A stretch of 64,000 nucleotides of DNA from a virus. The position numbers and the translations under genes were made by a program. The stretch lies in the IMG/VR virus record IMGVR_UViG_3300046333_000090. One strand, written 5' to 3'. Under the pieces are notes generated by a model. That model worked only from the letters and a program-made list of their open reading frames with translations. It searched no databases and was not told the origin of the DNA. Positions 9,642 through 21,624 of this stretch are shown here, piece by piece. The first letter of the stretch is position 1; each line of letters opens with the position of its first letter.

Positions 9642-12341
9642 CTAGACGAAAATACTGTCCGTAACATCTCCACGTATACTAGATATTGCCGTGAATCTGT
9701 GCAAATCAGAGGAAAAATTGAAATTTGCGGTGGAATACACAGTTTTATTAGCAGTATTGATGACATCACCTCCGATGATTGTATTGCTGTTTATTGGATT
9801 CGCAGATAGCGTAGGGAGTGGAGTAACTTTAGGGACAGTTTTGTATGGTGTATTGGGTGTTGAAAGTGGGGTAACTTTAGGGACAGGGTTATATGATGGA
9901 GAATTGAATGTGGGGGGGGTTGGGACTGGTGTATATACTGGGGATATATTTTTTAATTTAGTGCTCTTTTTCTTACCACTGCCACTATTAGGAGTCATAC
10001 TTTTCTTGCCAGTACCACTGCTATCTGGATTATCCATTATAGTTTCCATATTTACATTAGGTAGTGGAGTTACTTTCGGAACAGGATTATATCCACTGGG
10101 AGTATCTTTGTATGTTAATTTGTTTTGTTCTGGAATAGGTTCTATATCTTTACCTTTACCTAACCCCAACATTTGTGTAAGAGTAGTAAATGCCCCACCT
10201 ACTTTTCCATAATCAATATTGCGTGTAGTAGCTACTGGAGCAACAGGAGTAGGAGTAGTATTTGTAGGATTTGTAGTAGGGGTACCGAGAGCAGTATTAT
10301 TATTATTATCTAATAATCTTACGGCTTGGGCAAATTTTAATACTTCGCCATTTTTGCCATTACTGCCACTAGTTCCTGTATTTATTCTGGTTCCAACTTT
10401 TTTACTATGGTGCCAATATCTCCCATCTCCCAAATATATGCCAACGTGGGTTATTTCTCCATCATTTTTTATTCCATTTATACCAGCATAGGTATCTTTC
10501 CACTGAACAATATCCCCACGTTTTATTTTAGCTTTATCATATATTATCTGATTTGGGGCACCAAAACTGTTTGCTCTTGCCGGATTAGTTTGTTTTCCTA
10601 TACCCGTAAGGGCAAAATCTGCTGGAGTATCTGTTATTCCCATATCAATATTTAATTTTTTTCCTATATTTCTGACGGAATTTGCACATTGTACTGGTAT
10701 GCCTTTATATAATCCTAAAGTTTTTTCCGCAGTACTAGCAATTTTTTCATTTATATCAGATACTACCCCCCCCTTACTATATCCATTTACCCCCATACTT
10801 CCATCAGTTTCTAATACATTACTCGCCATATTAGGTACATCATATCCCTTATCAATAGCTTCCTTTATCCTAATACTGGTTAAATTTTTATTGGTCTTGG
10901 TGGCTGGAGTATCATATGGAATTACAAAACTACTGTCATTGGTTTTATGCTTACTCACGTATTCGCTACCATGTCCAATAAAACTAGTACTTTTGCCCCC
11001 ATTTAATGATACCGGATATCCATTATAACTACCACTAATCCAACCACTACCTTTACCAGATACACTACCACCAATAGACTTAGTGGGTAATGGTGTGTCA
11101 CTTGGAATTTTACTAATAAAGGCATTTAATATATCTGCTAATAATCCTCTAACTGTTGTGTCATTAGAACTTTGGAATGTACCTTCTCCGCCTACACTAT
11201 CTATATTGGGATTAGATGTACCTATTATCTTATCTAAACTGTGATTATTGTTTGTAGATGGACTGATTTTTCCTAGGTGCAGTTCAGTTTTTGTATCTCC
11301 TATGGGAACATCAAACATCTTCCCTATGCTATTGATTAGTGGAAATAATGTGTTACTAGAATCTGGATTGTCTTTCATGGAAGATTTCAATATACCAACA
11401 ATGCTACTTCCTATAATAGAAAATGGCAATTTCATTAAATCATGAAATTTTGGTGCGATGCTTTTTATATCCTTATTAAAAGTTTCATTATTAGTGACTC
11501 CAGTTAATAATGAATTTAATGGTTTAATATTATTTTTTTGTGATGTATTTTCTACCACTCCACCTTTGGCGAGTTTTGGTAAATTTGGATTTATATCTTT
11601 TTTAGTGGAGTCGGGGTTAGTTAGATTAACTAATGATTGTGGTTGAACTGGTGTTTCTGGTACAGTTGGTTGACTAAAAATTTCTGGGTTTGGTTCAGAT
11701 TTTTGTGTTGGTGCTAGATCAGTTACACCTTGTTTTATCGTTTTGTTCGCAGCTTCTACTGATTTTTCTGCAACACCACCTAAATTTTTATTGATTCCTT
11801 CTAATAATCCATTAAACGCTTTACTTATAGTTTTTGGTGTGTCTGTTATTATCTTACCAATGCTATATAAAGGAGAAACCAATACTTTAATAAATCCGAC
11901 TGTACCATTAAAAAAATCTCCAAATACTTTACCAAGCTTGAGTAGATTAGATATACTACCTCCTACCCACCAAAACACCCCATCAACAAAATTTAATATA
12001 AACTTGCCGATGTTATAAAATCCCTTCAGGATATTAGCTAGTTTTTTTGTATTTTTTGGATTTGCGACCCATTCTGCAATTTTATATGCCGCAAATAGTG
12101 TTCCAATTTTTCCGATAAAGTTTAGGAAGTCACTAATTATCCCTCCCGATTTTTTTGATTCTCTGTCGTACTTTGTGTTGTACGTTTGTTTTGCAATATT
12201 TTCTTCTTTTTCTGCGGTTTTGCTTTGGTATTTTTCCTTTTTTTTATTTCTGTATTCGTAATCTTTTTGTTCAAGTGATATTAGTTTATCAATATTTTTA
12301 TTTAATTTTTCTATCTGTGGTATACTGATGTTAATGGACAT
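9642..12341 (-). CDS. tape-measure/baseplate-hub-like protein with NlpC/P60 (CHAP-like) domain
   Basis: Helical N-terminus; QCANSVR...KRGDIVQW...THVGIYLGDGRYWHHS; repeated YNPVPKVTPL. Confidence 0.7.
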   Translation of the reverse strand: MSINISIPQIEKLNKNIDKLISLEQKDYEYRNKKKEKYQSKTAEKEENIAKQTYNTKYDRESKKSGGIISDFLNFIGKIGTLFAAYKIAEWVANPKNTKKLANILKGFYNIGKFILNFVDGVFWWVGGSISNLLKLGKVFGDFFNGTVGFIKVLVSPLYSIGKIITDTPKTISKAFNGLLEGINKNLGGVAEKSVEAANKTIKQGVTDLAPTQKSEPNPEIFSQPTVPETPVQPQSLVNLTNPDSTKKDINPNLPKLAKGGVVENTSQKNNIKPLNSLLTGVTNNETFNKDIKSIAPKFHDLMKLPFSIIGSSIVGILKSSMKDNPDSSNTLFPLINSIGKMFDVPIGDTKTELHLGKISPSTNNNHSLDKIIGTSNPNIDSVGGEGTFQSSNDTTVRGLLADILNAFISKIPSDTPLPTKSIGGSVSGKGSGWISGSYNGYPVSLNGGKSTSFIGHGSEYVSKHKTNDSSFVIPYDTPATKTNKNLTSIRIKEAIDKGYDVPNMASNVLETDGSMGVNGYSKGGVVSDINEKIASTAEKTLGLYKGIPVQCANSVRNIGKKLNIDMGITDTPADFALTGIGKQTNPARANSFGAPNQIIYDKAKIKRGDIVQWKDTYAGINGIKNDGEITHVGIYLGDGRYWHHSKKVGTRINTGTSGSNGKNGEVLKFAQAVRLLDNNNNTALGTPTTNPTNTTPTPVAPVATTRNIDYGKVGGAFTTLTQMLGLGKGKDIEPIPEQNKLTYKDTPSGYNPVPKVTPLPNVNMETIMDNPDSSGTGKKSMTPNSGSGKKKSTKLKNISPVYTPVPTPPTFNSPSYNPVPKVTPLSTPNTPYKTVPKVTPLPTLSANPINSNTIIGGDVINTANKTVYSTANFNFSSDLHRFTAISSIRGDVTDSIFV

Positions 12342-12426
12342 TTTATTAAATTTAATAATTTATACCAATATTTATAATAATAGTCTATTTTCTAAATATT
12401 GATATCAAGCATTAAATTTAATAAAA

Positions 12427-15284
12427 TGTTATTTTCCGCAATCAATACAAAATTTGATAGATTAGTCAAGATCAAAGAAAAACAAATAAAATTAAATCTA
12501 TATCGACAAGAAAAATATCAGATAGAGCAAGAAGAACAAAAAAAAGTAGTAACTATAACAAAGATAAAGCGAAATGGATTCAGAGAATCATTATTAGATA
12601 AAATAATTAAATTTGGTGTGATGTATGGTGCAGTTAAAGTCGCACAATTTGTAGCAGACAAGAAAAATATTGGAACAGTTGCAGGAATATTGAAAACAGC
12701 TAAGGGGTTGTTTGATGTAGCAACCGCAGTGGGAGAATTTGGTGCGGGGAATTTGATGGATGGATTAAGCAAAGTAGCAGGTGATAAAACAATATTAGCT
12801 AAATTTTCTGGAGGTATACAGGCGGCAGTAGGATTTATCTCACTCAGATGGTTAATAAACCCATTCAAAATAATTAGTGATATCAAATCTTTACCTTCTT
12901 TGTTAGGTAAAGTTAATCGTGCTGCTAAATTTTTGAGTATGAGTTTATCGGATTTAGCAAGTTGGTCAAAAATATTTGTCAAAGGATTGTTTAAAGGTAT
13001 AGATCAATTTTTTAGTAGAGCAATATTAAAGGTATTTGGTAAACCAATTTGGAGTTATTTGCGTAGATTGGTGAATGGATTATATAAAACTGTGGGAGGA
13101 GCAGTAGGTGGTGTGATTGGTAAAGCAAGTGCTGGAGTTGGGCAATTAGCAAGTAAATTTATACCTAAAGCAGTAATCCGAGCAGCCGGATCATTTTTAA
13201 CTAAAATTCCAATAGTAGGTTCATTATTAGGATTCGGGATAAATTTAATATTGGGAGATCCCATACAAAAAGCCGCATTTAAACTAGGAACATCTACAGC
13301 AGGTGCAGCATTAGGTGGAGCAGTGGGGTTAGCATTTCCTCCAGCAATACCATTTACCGCAGCTATAGGTGGATTTTTGGGGGATTGGTTAGGCGATACA
13401 TTGTATGATAAATTTATCCCACCAAAGTTAGCATTAGGTGGTGTGGTATCCCATACTTCTAAGAAAGGGACTCATGTAATCGTAGCAGAAAATGAGGATG
13501 AGGTAGTTATTCCACTATCAATGCTGACAATGAATAATGATATTGGTGCTAAATTATTTGAACCGATTAAACTAGTTGCATCAAATATTTTGGGTGCTAT
13601 TGATTCGGTAATTGATAAAAATGACACTATATATGGTAATATAAGTTCTGATATTACTAATTCTTTAGTAACATTGACAAATACATTTGGTTCTGCTACA
13701 GTAGTTAGTAAGTCTATAACCTCACCATATATCGATACAAATAATAATGAAGTAAATAATTCAAAATCAACTAACACAAATTCAGACATATTTGGTACAG
13801 AAAATATAAACCAAGTTTCTCAATCAGACACATTAAGTACTATAAATAATAATACCAGTGTCAGAGGATTATTACGTTCAATATTGGATGTAATGGTAAA
13901 TACTGATGCTATAGGAGGAAATTTTATGAATATTAGTCCGGCTGGTGGTATTACTCCACCTCCAGCAATAGTCCAAAGTTATTCGGCTAGTGCAGATGTA
14001 CCAGGTACATTAATTGCTACTGGTAGAGCAACATATTATGATCCATATGACCCCACCGATAAAACTTCTGGAGGGAAAAAATTATCTACGGGGGGGTATT
14101 ATAGTCGTACGGAATTTGAGGGTGCCGTATTCCCAGATCTCATATTGAGATTACCAGAAAGATATACTGCGCGTACCAATGAACGACCAGCATATTTTAG
14201 AGGTAAGACTATCAAAAAGCCTTTTATGGTTAAATTGGTACATAAGAAAACTGGTAAACAGGCGTATGTTAAGATAAACGATGTCGGTATTGGTAAGAAG
14301 GGAGATACTAGTAGACTAATTGACATGAATAGTACCACCAAACAATATTTTGGTGGAGATAGTGGGGGGATAGAAGTATATTTGGCACCAGATGATGCTA
14401 AACCTGGTGCATTACCAGATCTGCCAAAATTTGAACAAGGTGGAGAATATGTATATAATGAATTACCACATAAAAGATGGGCGGGAAAAAGGCGCGCAGG
14501 GAGAAAACATGCAGGCGAAGATATTGCTATGCGTACCGATGGAACATTCCAGAGTTTTGTTGGTGGTAAAGTGATGTTCAAGGGATTCCAAGCTGGTAAG
14601 AATAAATATGGTCATTATATCGATATATATAATGACAAATTGAAGGTTACAGAAAGAATCGCAGAAGCTGGTCAATTTTTTGTGAAGCCAGGAGATTTAG
14701 TAAAACCTGGACAAATAGTATCTACTGGGACAAGTACTGGGATGATCCACTACGAAATAAGACCAACTCCAAAATACACTATTCCACAATATTATTTTGC
14801 AGGCACCGTCGATCCAGTAAAATATCTACAATCTGTTGGGGCATTGACAATTGCTAGTAACACTATTAAAAATAATGGTCTACAGTCTTTATTGGATGGG
14901 ACTACCCTTACTGCTAACATGGATAGTAGTACTGTTATGGCTACTCCTGGTGCGACTGCTTCTACTGCCAACATGGATAGTAGTACTGTTATGGCTACTC
15001 CTGGTGCGACTACTTCTACTGCTGCTACGGCACCAAAGCCGATCCCAATTGACTATAGTAAGATCGGCAAAGCATTTACCGATCTTACGCAAATGCTGGG
15101 GGTGAATAGTACTCAGCAGGTAGCCGCACAACCGAAGGCAAACAACAAATCTACCACTGCCAATAAAAACCTGATTAACAATATTAATTTGATCAGATCT
15201 GGCAACAGTGCTAATGTGATCACGGTGGAACAGAAAATAATTACACCCACTAAACAACCGGACGCGCGATTAAGAAGTCTTTAG
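12427..15284 (+). CDS. tape-measure/baseplate-hub-like protein with RlpA-like (DPBB) and M23 peptidase domains
   Basis: G/A-rich helical segment; GRATYY...VKINDVG...RLIDM; HAGEDI...YGHYIDI...VKPGD.VKPGQ...IHYEIR. ATG at 12427 (track start is TTG 12399). Confidence 0.72.
14910..15023 (+). repeat. 54-bp in-frame tandem duplication
   Basis: TANMDSSTVMATPGAT(A/T)S twice. Confidence 0.9.
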
Positions 15285-15315
15285 TTGACAGCCACATTCA
15301 TATATGATATAGTTA

Positions 15316-15684
15316 ATGGAGAAAGTAAATCGAAACAATACCCACATGAAGACCATTAAATATCAGCAACTCGTTAGTGCCCATATCGATTATCTAGATT
15401 CAAATGTATATGATGTAGCACCAGAACTACTTTTTTCATTCAAACCAAAAATGAAAAAAGTAACTTGCAATATGTATGTTCAAAAATTCCCAGAACAAGA
15501 TGATATGTTTAAATCTTATCAAATAGTGGTATCTGGTGAGATTATTATGGGAACTAAGAATTGGTTAGAAAAATACCCATCTAGCAGTTATTTTTTAGAA
15601 TTGCATGTATTACCAGAATACAATGATAAAATTCAATGTGATTTTGATGATAATGAGGAGGAACTAAAGACAGAAATAGTGTAG
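15316..15684 (+). CDS. hypothetical protein
   Basis: ORF preceded by a TTGACA-type promoter. Confidence 0.6.
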   Translation: MEKVNRNNTHMKTIKYQQLVSAHIDYLDSNVYDVAPELLFSFKPKMKKVTCNMYVQKFPEQDDMFKSYQIVVSGEIIMGTKNWLEKYPSSSYFLELHVLPEYNDKIQCDFDDNEEELKTEIV

Positions 15685-15909
15685 ATATCAGATTAGAGGC
15701 ATCAAACAGATGTCTCTAAATTTTTATCAAATTAATAAACTTGCAAATAACATATGATTCGGTAATTTATTATATGTTTCCAAGACAATATAATATGTTT
15801 GGCAAACCTAATTATATAACTGCCTATCTAGATTATTATGAGTAATTTAATATGATTCACGATATAGTCCTACTCATAAATATTAGTAGGACTATTAAAT
15901 TTAATAATT

Positions 15910-17238
15910 ATGCAGTTTGTTGGGGATTACTCATTAACCAATGTATTTTTATCAAACAAAGATAAAATAATAGATATCAAGGAGATGATCGCAGAGATCA
16001 ATATATATGAGTCGGTCAATAGTGTAGCTATCAGTGCAGATCTTACTATATCTGATAATAAGAATATATTAGAATCATTTCCTATAGTTGGTGGGGAATT
16101 TATTACTATATATGTTGGTACAAATAATGACAAATATGTATTAGATTTTGTAATATATAAAATAGATTCAAAAGTAATCTCAGAAAAAAGTCAAGTATAC
16201 ATTTTACGACTTTGTACTAAGGATACCATCACTAATGAAACTAGTAGGTTTAGTAGAAGATTCAAGAATAAATTTAGTGATGAGGTGACTAAAGACCTAC
16301 TAAAAAATTATATTAAAACTACTAAAAAGATTGATGTTGACCAAACCATTTACCCACTAAATTTTGTATCACCTAATTGGCGGGTGTTCGATCTTATTAC
16401 TTGGATGGCTAGGAAAAGTACAAGTATAAAGAATGTTCAATCTGCTGGATACCTTTTTTATGAAGGACTTGATTCTTACCACTACAAAAGTATAGATAAT
16501 TTGTTTGCTCAAACAAGTAAGAATGAGAACATACCATTTACTTATGTTCCTGCAAAAACAAGTACGGATGCTGATAAAAACTATAGAATCGTTAAATATG
16601 TGAGCGATTCATATTTTGATGTATTAGAACAATCCAGGATGGGGGCACTGTCCCATTTTAATGAGCGAATAGATTTTACTAGTAGAACCAAAACTCTTAC
16701 AAAAAGTACACTTAGTAGTATTTGGAAACACCAATCACACTTAGGTGGTGGTAATATTCCAGCACAGATAAACAATTTATTATTTGCTAATCCGTCAAGA
16801 GTAATATATACTCCAATAATTAATCAATTGTTTGGTGAATCTATTGTGTATGACGGAGACGACGATAAAATTAATAAGCTAATAAATCGCAGTGTATATA
16901 GATATACATCGATGGATTTCTTTACTATTAATATTGAGATCGCTGGTAATTTGGGTATTAGAGCGGGTGCTGTTTACACACTGAATATCCCTTCCCCCAA
17001 CCCAGATTCAAATGCCAACAGGAATAGACAAACAGATAATGATCTTAGTGGCAATTGGATGTGCCACAGCATAAAGACATCAATAAACCGTACTTCTACT
17101 ACCAGTATAGTAAGATTATGTAGGGACAGTGTAGGTGGAACAAAAATTCCTATTATAGGTACTTCTGCTAAAAGTATTAATAATGTAGATAGAAGTATTA
17201 TTGATACTGATATTAGGGAACTTAAAAATATAGTCTGA
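15910..17238 (+). CDS. baseplate hub / tail protein (gp27-like)
   Basis: INIYES, FPIVGGE, P.W...D.I.W.A, YLFYE....HYKSID.L, GNLGIRAG, LSG.W....I; located before gp5. Confidence 0.7.
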   Translation: MQFVGDYSLTNVFLSNKDKIIDIKEMIAEINIYESVNSVAISADLTISDNKNILESFPIVGGEFITIYVGTNNDKYVLDFVIYKIDSKVISEKSQVYILRLCTKDTITNETSRFSRRFKNKFSDEVTKDLLKNYIKTTKKIDVDQTIYPLNFVSPNWRVFDLITWMARKSTSIKNVQSAGYLFYEGLDSYHYKSIDNLFAQTSKNENIPFTYVPAKTSTDADKNYRIVKYVSDSYFDVLEQSRMGALSHFNERIDFTSRTKTLTKSTLSSIWKHQSHLGGGNIPAQINNLLFANPSRVIYTPIINQLFGESIVYDGDDDKINKLINRSVYRYTSMDFFTINIEIAGNLGIRAGAVYTLNIPSPNPDSNANRNRQTDNDLSGNWMCHSIKTSINRTSTTSIVRLCRDSVGGTKIPIIGTSAKSINNVDRSIIDTDIRELKNIV

Positions 17239-17352
17239 GCGGGGTCTAGAATGCTCTACAACGCATGATAACTCAAATAATGACTATTAGGACAACTCAT
17301 AAAAATAATGACCTTCTAATTGATTAGAAGGTCATTTTATTAAATTTAATAA
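17237..17352 (+). repeat. full dispersed repeat copy (core, ATGACCTTCTAA..TTAGAAGGTCAT hairpin, palindrome)
   Basis: Near-identical to copies at 20589, 44202, 49743 and 55231. Confidence 0.88.
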
Positions 17353-17353
17353 A

Positions 17354-18049
17354 TTAGAACATAATAGGTTTATCCCAAGTAAGCTGATTTTCTATGTGTG
17401 TAGCAATTAATTGGTCTAGTTTTATCTGATGTTCTGGTTTGAATTGAATGGTAGAATCTGGCAACCAATTGTGAACTTCTTTGAGGTATCGTTCTGGACT
17501 GACTAATCCAGATTTTACTCCAAACTGATAATGCAAGTTCTGGAGATAATTCATATCTTCAGAACCAAAATTTATTCTCTCACTATTTCTAGGCATATGA
17601 ATTTGTGTTCTATAGCTACTACTACCATTATTATATATTGCACCAATAGGTAGTCCAGATGACTTCTTTCGTAATACTGTATTAAACCAATTAGTAACTA
17701 CTTCTAAATTAGTAAGTTTATTATTACTAGGATCGCCATCTATATGATTAATTACATAGTTATTATTAGTCTTGACTCCAAATACTAATTCATGAATATA
17801 TGTAGTTTGTCCATCTTTATGAGTATGAAATCTACCTCCACTATCAGGATTAAAATTATATAGTTTTAACAATTCTACTTTATCAAGATCTATAGAATTA
17901 GTATATAATTTACCAGATTTAGTATTGAGTAGATGTAATAGATCATCTACAAATAATTGATTATATGTAAGTTTTTGATTACTTTTATTGAGATTATGGT
18001 GAGGTTGATCGAATTGATAGAGATTTAAAATTTTACAGAAATGAATCAT
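17354..18049 (-). CDS. HNH endonuclease (HNH_3-like plus AP2-like C-terminal region), family copy 1
   Basis: INHIDGDPSNN..NLE.VT.WFN, then LPIG.....SY.TQI.MP...INFG. Confidence 0.85.
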   Translation of the reverse strand: MIHFCKILNLYQFDQPHHNLNKSNQKLTYNQLFVDDLLHLLNTKSGKLYTNSIDLDKVELLKLYNFNPDSGGRFHTHKDGQTTYIHELVFGVKTNNNYVINHIDGDPSNNKLTNLEVVTNWFNTVLRKKSSGLPIGAIYNNGSSSYRTQIHMPRNSERINFGSEDMNYLQNLHYQFGVKSGLVSPERYLKEVHNWLPDSTIQFKPEHQIKLDQLIATHIENQLTWDKPIMF

Positions 18050-18125
18050 TTTAATACAATATAAACTGTATAATCATTATAACACAGATTTCATAAATAT
18101 GAATAGAATTACCAAATCATTGTAA

Positions 18126-20585
18126 ATGAATCCCAACTTCAATCACACAAATAACTTAACCCAAAGCAACTTTTTCTATGGCGTAATCGAAAGTACATCT
18201 GATGCCAGTGGGTTGCATAGAGTAAAAGTAAGGATCGTCGGTGTACATAGCGATGATAGAAAAATGTTACCTACTGAGGATCTACAGTGGAGTTTAGTCG
18301 CCAACAGTACAAACTCCACCGGAAAGCATACACTTAAACCAGGGAATTTTGTTGTATGCACATTTCTTGATGCAGATATGCAACAAGCTATTGTGCTATT
18401 TTCATTATTAAGTAAAATCAAACAAAAGGGGGTAGTACTGAACAGTATTCAAGATGCCCAAACCCCAGGGGGAGTATTCATAAACTACAATTCTCCGCCA
18501 TCGCCATCTACAGATAGCGATCAATCTATATATACAGGAACTATACCAGTAGAAACAATAGCCAAATCTCAAGATGGGGCAAATATAGGTAATCCGTTCG
18601 GCAAGAACACCCAAGCAATCGCAGCTAATGGTAAAAATGGTGGTACAGGAATGTTTGCCGATATCGAACGAGAAATCATCTCGTTGGGTAATATATTCAA
18701 ACACGTAGTGTTGTATGATACTGACGACATTACCTTATCCGCAGACATAGATAGCGAAATAGGTATCATACCACTGAGTAGAGTAAACAACATTCCAAAA
18801 TCAGGAATTATAAAAATCGGCGACGAAATAATCACTTATTCTGGTATAGCTGATACAGGATTGTCAGGGCAAATATTGAGAGGAAGTCCAGATAGAAATA
18901 GTATAATATCTACCAAAAAAGCAGAACATAAAGCTGGAGACATAGTAACTTGGATATACCCAAAAGTAAAGAACGACAAAGCACCATTATTTTATAGTCA
19001 ACTCACCGGACAAGCTATAGATTTCGCCAAAGAGATCAAAAAAAGGATGTCAGTAGTCAATGGATACATTACATGGTTAGTAAATAAAATTTCTAGTCAG
19101 ATTGTATCTACATTAAGTGAATTAATTGCTGGCATAACATTAGCACTCAAAACTCCTACTGCATTGATTGGTAAGATCATAGTAGATGCACTACTATTGG
19201 TTCTATCTCAAGTATTATGTTCTTTTGATAAGGCAACTGTTGACTCATTAGTACTATCAATAGAGCAATATATTACAGATCAAGTAACTACATTAATTAG
19301 GAGTTTTTATGAAAATGCCACAGCTATTCAACAGTTCATCAGTGATTGTACTAATAAAATATTTGATGCCGTATTACAATTTGCTAGTATTATTCAATCT
19401 ATTGGCAACCTAATTACAAATATTACAAGGATATTCCCTGGTGCTAGTGGCGAAGCTATTAAGGTAATCGACACTAATTCAGAACCGGATACTTTGAATA
19501 AGGATAAGGTAAATGGTATATCATTTCCGGATCTAACCAATACTGCAAATATCGTAGCAAAATTATTAAATTTTTTAGGATTGGGTTGTAAGCAAGAAGT
19601 TGGGGAAAATATTAATGTTCCTGAATGTGTGACTACTGGATATTTCCCACCAGCTAATTTATGCGATCCTAATCCTGACCTTATATCAGCACTGAATAAT
19701 TTGTGGCGACCTTTACCTCAGTTTATCACTAATTATGACTTTGGTGGTGGTCTGAAGGCTGAGTATGACGGTACGCCAGGGGTAGAGAGGACGTTATTGT
19801 CATCTCCTGCGGGTACTTATACAGAAGTGTTCAATGATGGAACTAGTCGCACAGTAATTTCCAAAGATTCGTATACACTCATTTTGAATGATAACAATAT
19901 CGAGATAAAAGGCAATTGCAATTGGAAAGTTGATGGTAATTTCGGTTTAAAAGTATCTGGGAATCTAGATTTGGAGGTTGGTAAAGAATTACGAATGTCT
20001 ATCGGTGGTAGTAGCAAGATTACATATGGCGGTTCACATAATACAATTTACGGTGGGGACAGTGTGATAAATGCGACAAATAAGTTGAATATAACTGGAA
20101 GTCAAATTGGGTTAGTTGCTTCTGGTGTAGTAGACATCAAAGGTGGAGTATTCGATGTACTTACCAGTGAGATCAATCTTACATCATCTGGTAGTTTGAG
20201 TTTGATTTCATTGCATAGTAATTTTGTTAGTGGGGTATCGCATAAGGAGATACATAGCGGAACCGTAGATAAACTTGTGGTTGGTTCGCAGAAAAAGATT
20301 AATCTTGGTAGTTACGTTGGTGACGCTATAGGAAATCATCAAACTAATTATATGAGTACTAAGACCTCTAACGTGGCAGGAATTCATACAATTACTAACA
20401 ATTCTTTGTACACCATTAGTAGTAATATTAAAACAGAAAAAGTAGAGCAATTAAGTACATTTAATACAAAAGTACTACAAATTAACGCAAATAATAAAAT
20501 TGAGACAATCAACGGTAGTAGTCTTAACTATGCAAATGGCTTGGCATTGCGTCAAACTAGTGGGGGTATAAACATGGATTCCTGA
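18126..20585 (+). CDS. gp5: baseplate central spike gp5 (OB-fold plus beta-helix, no lysozyme motif seen)
   Basis: FYGVIE...RVKVRIVGVH...LPT..L.W; EYDGTPG.ER....GTY.E; IKGNCN..VDGN repeats. Confidence 0.85.
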   Translation: MNPNFNHTNNLTQSNFFYGVIESTSDASGLHRVKVRIVGVHSDDRKMLPTEDLQWSLVANSTNSTGKHTLKPGNFVVCTFLDADMQQAIVLFSLLSKIKQKGVVLNSIQDAQTPGGVFINYNSPPSPSTDSDQSIYTGTIPVETIAKSQDGANIGNPFGKNTQAIAANGKNGGTGMFADIEREIISLGNIFKHVVLYDTDDITLSADIDSEIGIIPLSRVNNIPKSGIIKIGDEIITYSGIADTGLSGQILRGSPDRNSIISTKKAEHKAGDIVTWIYPKVKNDKAPLFYSQLTGQAIDFAKEIKKRMSVVNGYITWLVNKISSQIVSTLSELIAGITLALKTPTALIGKIIVDALLLVLSQVLCSFDKATVDSLVLSIEQYITDQVTTLIRSFYENATAIQQFISDCTNKIFDAVLQFASIIQSIGNLITNITRIFPGASGEAIKVIDTNSEPDTLNKDKVNGISFPDLTNTANIVAKLLNFLGLGCKQEVGENINVPECVTTGYFPPANLCDPNPDLISALNNLWRPLPQFITNYDFGGGLKAEYDGTPGVERTLLSSPAGTYTEVFNDGTSRTVISKDSYTLILNDNNIEIKGNCNWKVDGNFGLKVSGNLDLEVGKELRMSIGGSSKITYGGSHNTIYGGDSVINATNKLNITGSQIGLVASGVVDIKGGVFDVLTSEINLTSSGSLSLISLHSNFVSGVSHKEIHSGTVDKLVVGSQKKINLGSYVGDAIGNHQTNYMSTKTSNVAGIHTITNNSLYTISSNIKTEKVEQLSTFNTKVLQINANNKIETINGSSLNYANGLALRQTSGGINMDS

Positions 20586-20588
20586 TAA

Positions 20589-20712
20589 CATACGCTGAGA
20601 GGGGGATAGGATGCCCCTCAACATATGAAAAACAGAAATATGACTACTGGCATCAAATCATAAAAATAATGACTTCCTAATTAATTTTAGAAGGTCATTA
20701 TTAAATTTAATA
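20589..20712 (+). repeat. full dispersed repeat copy
   Basis: Same core, hairpin and palindrome. Confidence 0.85.
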
Positions 20713-20933
20713 TTTAATAATGTTGCATACATCCAATAAATGTGTTATAATGATTATAACCTACGCCAGTCTTACATGATTGTCTTAAAAGTGAGAAAAT
20801 CTGTCAACAACATTATTAACAACCATTATTGGTTTCCTAAAATTTTGTATCAGATCGGCACCAGCAAAATTAAAATTTATATGTTATACTAGTAGCATAT
20901 CGAAAAAATAAGCAAATTATATGTATATACCCC

Positions 20934-21140
20934 ATGACAGAAGATACAGCCATACTAGAACGAGTGATATTCGACATTTCATTAAGAGAGGTATGTTTTA
21001 TCTCAGATACAGCAAACCCACGATATATATCATGGAATAATACAGAAGAATTTATGAGAATATGGCGTGAGTGTCAAAGTATTAAAGATAATGTTGAGAT
21101 CTCATATACCTTTCGCACAAAGGATAGGCCGACTAAATAG
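20934..21140 (+). CDS. small hypothetical protein
   Basis: 68-aa ORF. Confidence 0.6.
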   Translation: MTEDTAILERVIFDISLREVCFISDTANPRYISWNNTEEFMRIWRECQSIKDNVEISYTFRTKDRPTK

Positions 21141-21166
21141 TATATATTATTAAATTTAATAAAACT

Positions 21167-21346
21167 ATGGCTAAGAAGGTTGCTACAATTAATATCAAGA
21201 CATATGAGGTAGAGGTGTTCGATCATAATGCCTCAGTAGGAAAACGAAAGGGGACAATTGCTATCAGCCATGCTAATGAATTTGTGTCAATCGTAAAATC
21301 ATTACAAAAGAATGATACTGAGTACCAATTGAAGTACGTTAGATAA
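21167..21346 (+). CDS. small hypothetical protein (not in the ORF track)
   Basis: MAKKVATINIKTYEVEVFDH...YQLKYVR*, 59 aa, followed by a terminator hairpin at 21363-21399. Confidence 0.6.
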   Translation: MAKKVATINIKTYEVEVFDHNASVGKRKGTIAISHANEFVSIVKSLQKNDTEYQLKYVR

Positions 21347-21419
21347 TCTTTATTATCTCTTAAAATACTCACTCTACATTTAGTGTAGGGTGAGTATTTT
21401 TAATAAATAGGAATATACA

Positions 21420-21525
21420 TATTAAATTTAATAAACCCGTTCTAGAATGCGTTAGAACGGGTTTATTTTTATATTTTAATACTAGTAGTCGTATTTATGG
21501 TTATCATGCCTTGTAGGGTATACTA
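21420..21525 (-). repeat. dispersed repeat copy
   Basis: CCCTACAAGGCATGATAACCATAAATACGACTACTAGT, then hairpin and palindrome. Confidence 0.75.
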
Positions 21526-21624
21526 AAACCATCTTAAAGTATAATCGGTTTGCTCCAATATAAATTATATAATAATTATAACATAAATATAGTTAATGCA
21601 ATTAAATATATATATACATATAAT

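Noticed and set aside
9609-15257. Many antisense ORFs in the track (for example 9691, 10219, 12518, 14099; also 26015, 27555, 54262)
   Set aside because: They are shadow frames opposite well-supported genes and have no motifs.
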